A program made the position numbers and the translations under genes. From positions 54,495,884-54,559,883 of the forward strand of contig NC_068997.1 of assembly GCF_001194135.2 (NCBI RefSeq): 64,000 bases of DNA, read 5' to 3'. This DNA comes from Octopus bimaculoides. Lineage: Eukaryota. The first letter of the stretch is position 1, and every line of letters begins with the position of its first letter. The notes below the pieces were generated by a model, which saw nothing but the letters and a program-made list of their open reading frames with translations, was not told where the DNA came from and ran no database searches. This document shows, piece by piece, positions 51,375 to 62,672 of this stretch.

Positions 51375-51825
51375 GCCCCTCATCCTCTCCTTCCCTGCCT
51401 CCTTCCGCTCCTCTTCCTCCGCCTCTTCTTCTTCTTCTTCTTCTTCTTCTTCTTCTTCTTCTTCTTCTTCTTCTTCTTCTTCTTTTTCTTCTTCTTCTTC
51501 TTCTTCTTCTCCTTCTTCGTCTTCCTTTCCTTCTTCTTTCTTTTCCTTTTCGTCTTCTTTCTCTTTCCCTTCTGCCTCTTTTTCTTTCTTTTCTGCTTCT
51601 TCTTTTTCTTTCTCTTCCACTTCCTCCTCATCCACTCCATCCTCTCCACTTTTTCCTCTTCTTCTGCTGCATTCTCCTCCGTCTCCACTTTTCCTCCTTC
51701 TCTTCCACCACTTCCTCTTTTCCTCCTCCTCCTCTTCCTTTTCCTTTTTTACCTCCTCTCCCTCCACCCCTCCACCCCTTCCTCCTCTTCCCCTTTTCCT
51801 CTTCTTTCTTATCCCCTTCCTCCTC
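51375..51825. repeat. (CTT)n-derived polypyrimidine/polypurine tract
   Basis: Directly visible. Confidence 0.95.
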
Positions 51826-52305
51826 TCATAAGCCCAAAATTATGACACAACGATATTTTTTGCCAACATGGGACCACACATTTGTAATGCCTGACCTGCA
51901 TTATTATATGCCCTCTCCCTCTTCACCCAAGAAGTTGAATATAAAATCCCCTCAGGTGAAATTGATCTCAGACTGTAGAGGATCGAAACTGGCACCATGT
52001 AGTTATGCTTTATCAGAAATCAATTATTTTTTCCTGTAATTAAAAATATTTTTATATCCTATAATCAAAATTTTCTAAAACGTCTCAGCTGTAAACAACA
52101 AAAGCTGTAAAAATTATTTGGAAGAAATCAAATAATTAAAGTACTTTACTTTTTATCATAATATGGAAGTTTATTGCACAAAGAAAAACATTCCATTGTT
52201 TTATAAGAAGCAAGAAATCTGAAATGTTCAATATGAAGAAGACATAATGGCATTCACCGTTTTACAATGATGAGCAATAAGAATATTTGTTTTATAGATT
52301 GGGTA

Positions 52306-52720
52306 TATGAGGTCGGACCAAAATGTATCAGGATTGGTGCCGTAAGGAGAGATCTGTTACACATATCAATTTGGTGTTTTATCTCCTTTGAAGTAATCCC
52401 TTTCTGAAGCCACACACTTTGTCCAGCATTGTTTCCATTGATGGGCGCATTCCTGGAACTCCTTTTTTGGGATAGCAAACAGCTACATTGTTGAATTCTC
52501 TTGGATTTCCTCAAAGTCTTGAAATCTGATTGGAGTATTCCACTGTGAAGATTGAATCCTTGCTTTGGCATTATAGCCATAGACCCACAATTCATCACTT
52601 ATGAATTGTGAATGTTTTCAAAACGTTTTTGTCTTTTTTGACATAATCAAAGAGTAAAGACTGTTTGCCAACATAACATGGCAGTCCTGGTTTAGGACAA
52701 ATGTTGCTGCAATTTAGCCC
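52306..52720 (-). mobile_element. Internally deleted mariner (DD34D, irritans-like) transposase relic with 3' TIR
   Basis: Translation ISDELWVYGYNAKARIQSSQWNTP//RFQDFEEIQENSTM*LFAIPKKEFQECAHQWKQCWTKCVASERDYFKGD matches ITGDETWVYGY..QSSQW and CF..WK.RW.KC..S.GDYFEG; TA plus TATGAGGTCGGACCAAAATGTATC at 52304-52330. Confidence 0.85.
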
Positions 52721-54369
52721 CAGGAGACATCGTCTCCAGCTGGCTATATGACACAATCTGTACAGTCATGAATGTCACTACATCGTCATCGTTAAAAGCA
52801 TTTTAAGTGTCTTGCTTCTTATGACATTTATCTTCATGCAATAAACTGCCTTATTGTGATAAAAAAATGAAGAACTCTAAGTACTTGATGTCCTCCCAAG
52901 TTATCTTTGCAGCAGGGTGTCTTTGTTTTCTTTAGAAAGTTTTCTATTAAAATAAAAATGTTATTCTTAAATAACAGGAAAAAAAACAACATTAATTGAT
53001 TAGTGTCAGAGTCTACATGGTGCCAAGTTTGATTGTCATCAAAAAAGTTCGAAGTGGAATCGTCAAAACTGTTGAATAAGCAATTACTGTTAAGACATTT
53101 ACGGACAAAAAGAAATAATGATGAAGACGACGATGATGATGATGCTGCTGCTGATGATGATGATGATGACGAAGACGACGACGACGACGATGATGATAAT
53201 GATGTTGGGTATAATGAGGGAGGAGGAAGATAATAATGATGATGATGATGATAAATGCAAAAAGATTTTTTAAATTAAGGTAAAAACATCTGTTAAATGA
53301 AATAAATGAAATAAAATACTTGAAATAAAAATTTGGTTATGAGGCGGTTATAATTGATTATCTGTTGGGGTGGAGTGGGGCTGGTGTTGGGTGGCTGACT
53401 AAAAAGTTAGTCCAAGGTGGAGATTATTCTTGCAGTTAAATGCATTAAGACTTTGGTTAAGTCTTTAATTACTTTCACTTCTTAAAAGGTTCCCAGGGAA
53501 ATCTCTAAGGGTGGAAGCGGGGAGGGGGGGACAAAAAAAATCACATCAAATTTATTAGTTAAGTATTTAATTATACTAGCCTTTCAACAAATATTTTTTG
53601 ATTTTCTTAAGGTATTTTCTTTTATTGTTTCATTTTTTATATTTATTTATTTGTATTTTTGGTTTTTCTTATTAGCAAGAAATTAAGAAAATATCTTAAA
53701 GAGGTTTGCTGCTTCACTACGCCATCCATGGTGGCCACTCAGATACATTAGCAAATGCAGGTTTTAATTTTTAATTACTTATTTACATGTTCGTTTATTC
53801 ACCTTTTCATTAAAACAACAACAGCAAAGTCAACATGAAACTGGAGAATAGAAGTTGGTATAACTTGGTCGTTAAATGTGACTAACAAATATTTGAAATA
53901 GCTGATGGATGTTCCAGGGAAGATGTTGTGACAATAATGTTTTGAAACCTAAGCAAGCCATTTCAGTAATTTGGGCCATTTAGGCCTCTGCTGAGTCAAT
54001 AAAATTGTAAGGATAAGTAATCTTGAGAAATGAATCTAATATGATTCTGTGCATTTTTTTCTTTCTTTTTTTTTTGCATTATTAATAGTAATGAAATAAA
54101 TTTAAAAAATAAAGCTAAACATCATAGTTTTCTTTTATTCTTTTAATGTATTCTGATAATTCAGCATAAAATTCCTATCTCAAAGTTCTAATGCATGTAA
54201 CAAATAAATCCAAGTGACAAAACCTTCAATGGCCAGTATCTGTGAGCTGAAAAATGTCCAGACTTGACTGAAAGTAAAGAAACAAACTCTTAGGAATATC
54301 CACTCAACGTTTAAACATTGTTCCTCTACTGACCATCAATGGATTCCATATATTTTCCAATGATTGATT

Positions 54370-54540
54370 TCTAGTAACGGTACAAGGCCAGAAATTTCGT
54401 AGACCTGGTTAGGTGGAACCATCAACTCCAGTACTCGATTGGTACTTTATTTTATCATTAGATCCCACCTACCCACTTATCCTGCAATGAGGAGAAGCTT
54501 AGCTGATCTCTGCAGGATCTGAACCCAGAACATTTTGAGT
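54370..54540 (-). mobile_element. SINE family A, CpG-decayed
   Basis: ggtacaaggccagaaattt..catcaactccagtactcgattggtactt..ctctgcaggatctgaacccagaac. Confidence 0.6.
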
Positions 54541-54949
54541 CTCACTGTGACAAGCAAATTCTGCAGTGAGACTATAATCTCTCTGCTCTGTTATCAGGAA
54601 AAAAACAGTTGGCTTTGCATGACCAACTCACACACTTTTAGCTTCCAACCAACAGAGCATACAGCTTGAGTTAACAATAGCACTATACATCATGGAAAAA
54701 TACAATTGTATGATGCAGCGAAAATGTTATAGTTGGAAATATTTAACTTGTTTCTTCTGAATCAATTCACCAATGTTATTATTACTCTAGAATTTAGGAA
54801 CCCTAATGAGGAAGACTCTACATCTGGGGTCAAAATCATTTGGCTTTATTGATTGGATTGAAACCTATACTGGATCTCTCAGAGTGAATGAGGACAGTAA
54901 TTCCCAAATAACCTCTGGTAATGTATATATAAATATATATATATATATA

Positions 54950-55200
54950 ATCATCATCATCATCATCATTGTTTAACGTCCGCTTTCCATGCTAGCATGG
55001 GTTGGACGATTTGACTGAGGACTTGTGAACCAGGTGGCTACACCAGGCTCCAATCTGGATGCTCTTCCTAACGCCAACCACTATTAGAGTGTAATGGGTG
55101 CTTTTACGTGTCACTGGTACAAGGGCCAGTAAGACGCTACTGGCAATAGCCATGCTCAAATGGTGTTTTTTTACGTGCCACCTGCACAGGAGCCAATTGT
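54950..55200 (-). mobile_element. Retroposon family D with (GAT)n tail (RTE-type 3' end or SINE)
   Basis: (cat)n-gtttaacgtccgctttccatgctagcatgggttggacg..ggatgctcttcctaacgccaacc; related copies at 57952 and 60888. Confidence 0.8.
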
Positions 55201-55663
55201 CACATATTATTTACANNNNNNNNNNNNNNNNNNNNNNNNNNNNNNNNNNNNNNNNNNNNNNNNNNNNNNNNNNNNNNNNNNNNNNNNNNNNNNNNNNNNN
55301 NNNNNNNNNNNNNNNNNNNNNNNNNNNNNNNNNNNNNNNNNNNNNNNNNNNNNNNNNNNNNNNNNNNNNNNNNNNNNNNNNNNNNNNNNNNNNNNNNNNN
55401 NNNNNNNNNNNNNNNNNNNNNNNNNNNNNNNNNNNNNNNNNNNNNNNNNNNNNNNNNNNNNNNNNNNNNNNNNNNNNNNNNNNNNNNNNNNNNNNNNNNN
55501 NNNNNNNNNNNNNNNNNNNNNNNNNNNNNNNNNNNNNNNNNNNNNNNNNNNNNNNNNNNNNNNNNNNNNNNNNNNNNNNNNNNNNNNNNNNNNNNNNNNN
55601 NNNNNNNNNNNNNNNNNNNNNNNNNNNNNNNNNNNNNNNNNNNNNNNNNNNNNNNNNNNNNNN

Positions 55664-55701
<38 letters not shown>

Positions 55702-56164
55702 TTAGGGAGAGAGATGCATAGATTTATACATATATACATACTTAGGCATATATATACTATACACATATACACTTATATATGTGTACATCTATAAGTAGAT
55801 ATATATATATGTACATAACCTTCTGTTAGCTACTTTGCATGCTCACTAACGAAGCAAACCATAAATAGCAAGAAGAACTAACCATATGAAGTATTTTGGA
55901 AACTAATGAAGGACATGAATGCCATAAATTGGTCACTTTGCAAACTGGCAACTACGTCACACTGGAAGATATCCGGCGCCCATCAAGGGTTTTTACAATG
56001 TCAAATGATCTGAGAAATGTTTCGAAATTGCATTCTTAAAGTAATAAATTTTCCAAGCCTGCACAAACTGATTTCTAATGTAACACACACACACACACTT
56101 ACATATATAGGTGTGTATATATCTACATATATGTATGTATAAATATACATATGTGCGTGTGTGT

Positions 56165-56222
<58 letters not shown>

Positions 56223-56223
<1 letters not shown>

Positions 56224-56529
56224 AGGGAAAACATTTTACTTCAAGAAATGTGTAGAAACATAAAAACAATAAGAAGTACATTTGGATGACTAGATACACA
56301 CACACACACACACGCGTGTACATGTACATTCGTATATCAGAATGGCACAATGACAGAATCTTTCTTGAAGTCCCAAATAGACAATCCATTATGATAGTCT
56401 CCCATAAGGAAGACTTTTATACAGTAGCTAAAATAGCTATATATATACACACACACACATATATATATATATACACACCCATATATATATGTATGTGTGT
56501 GTATATCTATATCTATATCTATATCTACA

Positions 56530-56591
<62 letters not shown>

Positions 56592-56942
56592 AACATATAT
56601 CTTTATACATATATGTATATATATTTATATTCATGTATGTATCCAGGATTGACCAATCCAGTCTACTTATCGATTTGCAAGAGGCAGAAGAGACAGAAGA
56701 GGGATATGTTGCTACTATTTCCAGCTATTTTAGCTACTGTATAAAAGTCTTCCTTATGGGAGACTATCATAATGGATTGTCTATTTGGGACTTCAAGAAA
56801 GATTCTGTCATTGTGCCATTCTGATATACGAATGTACATGTACACGCGTGTGTGTGTGTGTGTGTGTGTATCTAGTCATCCAAATGTACTTCTTATTGTT
56901 TTTATGTTTCTACACATTTCTTGAAGTAAAATGTTTTCCCTT
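56223..56942. repeat. Near-perfect inverted repeat: arms 56223-56438 and 56723-56942, 284-bp spacer
   Basis: On manual comparison the arms are reverse complements except for (AC)9 versus (GT)11. Confidence 0.95.
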
Positions 56943-56999
56943 TTGTTAGAATTCAGACAATATCTACATTGAGTAGTAAAGAGTCTTGTGCTTGGAGAG

Positions 57000-57870
57000 T
57001 GTTTTCAACCTGTGGAAAACAACTTGTGAAACTGAAGAAACCCCATGACGCTGCGAAAGACAAGCTAATTTGTTCCTAAACTACGAAGCACAGTTCAACA
57101 TAGAAAACATATTGGATAACCCCTTCCTGAAGAAAAAGAAACCAAAAACTTACAAAGAAATGCCAGCACATTCACCTCACTCAAACCACAAACAGTCTAA
57201 GGGATACAACTCCGCCAATCTAACCTCCATTATACTCTAAAATAACATTCAAACAACAAATAGGAATTCAGCTCGTAATAGAAAATCTGGATGTAATTTT
57301 CAAGGACCCCTACATACAAATCAAAAGATCCCTCCAAGGTTCCAGACTAACCTAAACTTTCGGGAACCACTACCCCCAACATCTCACCGTCAATGGAAAA
57401 ATTTGCCTTCGAAACTTAACCCTCAACATGGATATTTAAAGCATTCAACTAGACACAACCTAAGTAGACAACATAACTTCTCCCTCCACCCACATTACAA
57501 TGTCAAAAATAAATTTAACCCAAACCACATCAACCATAGACAATATAACAACCCTCAGTACAACCGTAATCTAGTCAGCTACACAGTCACCCCACCACAA
57601 ACATACTACCACAGACACACTTTACACCCATTTTCTCCTCAGCAAAGCAAACACAATACAGATGTCCCACAACAATCCACCAACTACAACCATTTCTTAG
57701 ACCTAAATCAGAGAAGTGAAATGGAACAAAATGTACAAGAAAAACCGCAAATAATCAACTTATCAAAGAAAATCCTAAGTACTACACAAACTAAAATTCT
57801 AGCAAGAGGTTTAAAGTTTACACCAACCCCTTGCAGATCGAACCTGAATGAAATTAAGGATAACACTATG
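57000..57870 (+). mobile_element. Penelope-like element 5' region and RT N-terminus, truncated
   Basis: EKPQIINLSKKILSTTQTKILARGLKFTPTPCRSNLNEIK matches the PLE hallmark VINLS...LT..E..LL.KGL.F.PTP; preceded by an A/C-rich decayed ORF. Confidence 0.8.
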
Positions 57871-57951
57871 GTACACATGTATTTTATGCAACATCTGTGA
57901 TGAACCTGAGTGATGCTGATGATCTGGAATCACTTCTGATGTATATATATA

Positions 57952-58045
57952 TGATCTGGTGCAGCCTTCTGGCTTGCTAGTCCTCAGTTAAATCGTCCAA
58001 CCCATGCTAGCATGGAAAGCGGACGTTAAACGATGATGATGATGT
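57952..58045 (+). mobile_element. Retroposon family D 3' end
   Basis: aatcgtccaacccatgctagcatggaaagcggacgttaaacgatgatgatgatg. Confidence 0.85.
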
Positions 58046-58064
58046 TATATATATATATATATAT

Positions 58065-58210
58065 ATATGACATGCTTCTTTCTGTTTCTGTCTACCAAAT
58101 CCACTCATAAGGTTTTGGTTGGCCCAAGGATATAGTAGAAGGCTGTGGAACTAAATCTGGAACTATGTGGTCAGGAAGGAAGCTTCTAACCACATAGCCA
58201 TGTCTGCACC
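58065..58210 (-). mobile_element. SINE family B 5' part, CpG-decayed
   Basis: gacatgcttctttctgtttctgtctaccaaatccactcataaggttttggttggcccaagg compared with the CpG-intact copy at 39540. Confidence 0.8.
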
Positions 58211-58976
58211 TATAGATAATATAGTCCTAGATACATTATGACATTAAAACAAAGACAAGAAGGCTGTGTTTGTAATGATGGTGATCTCAGATCTGTTTGA
58301 CCAGGGCTGTGACGAGGTTAAACAGCAACTCACTGACTGCAACACAGCCATTCAGCTGGTAGTCTGATATCCAATTAATTCAGTCAGAAGAAACATGAAT
58401 ACAATGTAGATTTAAATTCTTATCTGCAAAACTCTAAAAATACAAGTCAATAATTTTAAATATTTAAAACTTTCAACATTCATTTCTGTTTTTTTGTTGG
58501 TTTTTTTTTGTTGTCTTTTCTTTCTCTTAGAAAACAACTCAGTTAATTTCGGCTAAAATCTTGTATTTCACTTGAAGTATTGTAGTCTAAGTATAAAAAC
58601 AGGAAGATAGATAAAGCTATTTAACACAGCAGCAGTTGTGAGAAAACCAAATTTATTCAATATTTTCGCCTTTAACAAGTTCAGAATCTTCAACTCAACA
58701 TTGCTAGAGCTGTTTACCATTTTATTCTGGTTCTAAAACGTTGGTTTTTGTGTTTTTTTTTACTTCAAAATTAGGTTTTATTAAAGGTGAAACTGAATAT
58801 ATTTTAGTTTTCTCCTACTGTACAGTGTGACATAACTTCCTTTACTATTTGCATGTAGTTGAATTTACTTAAAATCTTTCAAAACAAAAAAAGAAAGAAA
58901 TATAAACCACATAACGAAACCATTTATACATATGCATATGTGTGAGCATATGTAAACATATGTGAATGTTTGTGTG

Positions 58977-59026
<50 letters not shown>

Positions 59027-59860
59027 CACATGTTTGTATGCGTAAGTATATGCAGATACATGTGTTTCTTTCCCTTTTGAAATTACTTTAATTCCTCTGA
59101 CAAGGCAGAAGCTGGTTTCTAACAAAATGATAAATTCTCTGGAATTTGGGTAATGAATATGATGTTACGTGCTGAACTTCAGGAAAATTTTGCACACTTT
59201 CACTGTGCTAATTAAAGATTGTATTTGTAAAGTGTGTTACTAGCGGGTCTCTTTCTTTGCCTAGAATCCTAAATTTTCAAGATTGTTATTTAAATAGTTA
59301 TGAACATAATCAAGGGCACTAATTAGTCATATAATTCATTTCTCATATAAATGAGAAAATATAATGAGAGTAGAGAAGCTGTCATCTATAAAATTTCTCT
59401 TTTTCATTGATTTTCAAATGTTCCCATCTTCAAAGGAGATGATCCCTTTAGTGGTAGATTGGATTTACTTTTCTGTCCCCAAACAACTATCTCAGACCTG
59501 TTTTGGCAGAAGTTTTGATGGGAATGTTCCACCAATATTCTTTGTACTGTCACGCATGAATTGAATTCTGGGTGTTATGTATATACATCATCCCCATCAT
59601 CATTGTCATTGTCATCATCATCATCATCATCATCGTCATCATCCCCTTGATGACCACCATCACTAGCACCATGACGACGACAACGACCACTACCATCATC
59701 ATCATTATCATCACTATCATCATCATCATCATCAGATGGTATTTGCAGAGACAGATTTTCTCTGGCCTGGTGCCTTTTCTCTTGTCACCCCTCATCTATT
59801 TCTAAGCAAGGTAATATTTCCCATAGCCAGACATGCTTTCTGTGGAAGGCATTCCTTCCT

Positions 59861-60095
59861 AGGCTCAAGGCCTGAAATTTGGGAGGAGGGGGCCAGTCGA
59901 TTAGGTTGGCCCCAGTACGCAACTGGTTCTTAATTTATCAACCTCAAGTTCTAAATTCAAATTCCACTGAGGTCGGCTTTACCTTTCATCCTTTCAAGGT
60001 CAAATAATTAAGTACCAGTTGCATGCTGAGGTCCATCTAATCAACTGGGCCCCTCACCCAAAATTTCAGGCCTTGTGTCAAGAGTAGAGAAGAAT
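59861..60095. mobile_element. Fold-back pair of SINE A fragments (minus then plus)
   Basis: 59861-59945 is approximately the reverse complement of 59995-60078. Confidence 0.8.
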
Positions 60096-60439
60096 ATGAA
60101 TACTTTTTTTAGAATTCCCAGCTTAGTGGGACAGACAGCTACTTTATTTTGCTTACTGAGACAGTGTGTTCAAATCCAACGCTATACACTTGACTGCGAC
60201 ATTAAAATATGGATGAATTACAGTGTATAAAACTTTTTGAAGTGATGTTCTCATAATTATAGCAGATAATATTGTAAATAAATTATATCTTAGATTTCAT
60301 TCCATAGCTAAGATTGTTTAAAACATTTCTTATAGACCTAAGTCTTTTAATGCATTTTCAATAATTTTAATACCATAGTCACAATGGAAAGGCAGATTGA
60401 AGCAGCAAGAGAATGAATTAGAAGATAGAAAGAAAGATT

Positions 60440-60880
60440 AGGAGCTGGCAAAATTTCCCAAATTCAACATTGATTCAGTGTCTGAATACCAGAAAGGCGT
60501 TCTAGCATGAATGAAGAAGACAGTGTTATCAGAAGCAAATGTTACCCCATCAATTAAATTTAAAGCATGCTGCAATAATTGTGCTCTTAAGGATTATACA
60601 GCGATACAAGAATGGAGATTATTAAGCCAAACGATAGCTGCATTGAAGTAGAGCTGATTAATAATGTGAAATCAGGGCCAAAGGTTTTAATTCCACAGAT
60701 CAAACTCTGCCCAAGCGATGCCAATTTATCTTTCATTTTAGAGAGTTATCAGTTCCCAATAAGTTTAGCATTTCCAATAACAATAAGTGAACCTCAAGGA
60801 CAAACATTCAAAAAAGTTGCATTATTTCTTTATGAAGCAGTATTTTCTAATGAACAGCTTCATGTACAAATGTACAAATA
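60440..60880 (+). mobile_element. Helitron Rep/Hel PIF1-helicase C-terminal relic
   Basis: MLPHQLNLKHAAIIVLLR..KVLIPQIKLCPSDANLSFILESYQFPISLAFPITISEPQGQTFKKVALFLYEAVFSNEQLHV matches PPH.L.LK.GA.IMLLRN..IPRI.L.PSD..LPF.L.R.QFPV.LAFAMTINKSQGQT..KVG.YL..PVFSHGQLYV. Confidence 0.9.
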
Positions 60881-60887
60881 TGTTCCT

Positions 60888-61105
60888 TTCATCATCATCA
60901 TCATCATTATTTAAAGTCCATTTTCTATGCTGGCATGGGTTGGATGGTTTGACTGGGGACTGGTAATCCAGTAGGCTGCATCAGGCTCCAATCTGATCTG
61001 GTAGAGTTTCTACAGCTGGATGCCCTTCCTAATGCCAACCACTCCAAGAGTGTAGTGGGTGCTTTTTACGTGCCACAGGCATGGGAGTCAGTCAGGTGGC
61101 ACTGG
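60888..61105 (-). mobile_element. Retroposon family D, CpG-decayed
   Basis: (cat)n..gtccattttctatgctggcatgggttggatgg..ggatgcccttcctaatgccaaccactccaagagtg. Confidence 0.8.
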
Positions 61106-61370
61106 CATCGACCACGTTTGGGATTTGAACTCAGAATGCGAAGATAGACGAAATACTAAGCATTTCGCCCAGTGTGCTAACATTTCTGCCAGCTCACTGC
61201 CTTGTGAAGGAAGAAGTATTTATTTCTTTATTGCCCATAAGGGGCTAAACATAGAGGGGACAAACAAGGACAGACAAAGGGATTAAGTAGATTACATCGG
61301 CCCCAGTGCATAACAGGTACTTATTAAATCGACCCCGAAAGGGTGAAAGGCAAAGTCAACCTCGGCGGAA
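61105..61370 (-). mobile_element. Two SINE family A fragments (head 61105-61205; 3' part 61225-61370)
   Basis: gatttgaactcagaatg..ctgccagctcactgcctt; atcgaccccgaaagggtgaaaggcaaagtcaacctcggcgg. Confidence 0.8.
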
Positions 61371-62481
61371 AGAAGGAAGAAATATTATTTACATATATCT
61401 ATTCGTTTGTCCGACAGGTATTTAGAGACAGTAACACTTGTAGTGATAGCGAAATTATTTTCGATAGTGACAAAAAGGTTGCTGTCTGCCAGTAGAGAGG
61501 GAAAGACTAAGGAATGCACAGTGCAGATTAAAAAGGGAAAAAAATGATAAAATATAGCTCTGCTCTGATGTAAGCAAATGAATTCACTACTGGGGTCCGG
61601 AATTCTCGCGAGAGAAAAAATTTGCGACCGGATCTAGGCTCATCCAATAATTTCCAGGTCACGAGTGACTCAATCGCTGCTTTTCTTTGACATTACGAAA
61701 TGTCGTCGAATATTTGTCGTCTGTAAAACGTTGAGCTGTTGTATTAGACTCACTATAATTATTTATTTGGACAATATAATGGACATTATGATACAACTAG
61801 AAGATATTAAACATCTTTCATGCAAAAAAGCTGCAATAATTCCTCCTGAAATGATTTCAATTGGATGTACATTCAAGATAGTCGGGAATACATTAATGGC
61901 GTCACTAAGGTAGGTGTACTCTCTGCTTTCTTTGTGTGTCTTCTTCAGCGATTTTCTGCCTTGCTAATTCGTCAATACAAGTAATTTTTCATTGAGAATT
62001 GTATATATTGGATAGGAAAACCAAGTAATTTATTTCTATTAACAGCAATTTGATTCAATATAACAGAAATTATTTGTGAAACAGATAGAAAATGTAATGG
62101 TTGTTCTTGTAATATCACAAATGTTTTTCTCTTTCCGTGATGTAGAAACAAAAAAAAAATTAAAAAACAAAATTGAATGAAATATTTTATTGTACATAGA
62201 ACTTTAACAATATGGTTTTGTTATTATAAATGTCTTGTATATTACAAATTCGTACTAAAATAAAATGTATTTTTCCCTGTTTTCCTTTCTTTTCCCCTCC
62301 CTTTCGAGATGTATACGTAAACTTAGAAAACAGCAGACTTTCAGAAAATAGAATTTATGGATTTCTTTCGATATAAGCACGTGGAATGTAAATACCCATA
62401 CATTTTATTAGAAAATGCATTATATCGAATCCAGTGAATATAAACCATGAATATATTGTGTCTGTCTACACAACACTATAA

Positions 62482-62672
62482 TATGGTTATGGCGAGAGGA
62501 TGCTACGAATGGCCCTAAATGTGGAATTGCATCAACATGTGGCAGATGAATGCCTTAATGGAGACCTGCCAAATTTTAGCGAGAAGACCAGGCAAATACG
62601 GCTTCGACTATGGGGTCACTGCGTGCTCCACTCGGAACTGGAAGCATCCAAGTTAGTCTTGTGGTACCAACT
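62482..62672 (+). mobile_element. RTE-clade LINE C-terminal relic, part 1
   Basis: GERMLRMALNVELHQHVADECLNGDLPNFSEKTRQIRLRLWGHCVLHSELEASKLVLW matches RMLRMALNVSW..H..NE.LYG.LP..SEKIR.RRL.LAGHC.RH.E..AS.LVLW. Confidence 0.85.

Noticed and set aside
51170-52039. 289-aa hydrophobic ORF and 156-aa poly-Glu ORF
   Set aside because: Products of the (CTT)n tract and an upstream SINE.
57891-57942. Box C/D-like arrangement GTGATGA...CTGA with an ACATC/GATGT terminal repeat
   Set aside because: Only ~42 nt from box C to box D, no room for a D' guide, the terminal stem is out of register for a k-turn, and it can be explained by decayed (GAT)n.
58568-58720. Minus-strand 50-aa ORF MVNSSSNVELKILNLL...LPVFILRLQYFK with a hydrophobic end
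   Set aside because: The upstream acceptor context is A-rich and no homologue is recognised; ORFs this short are expected by chance.
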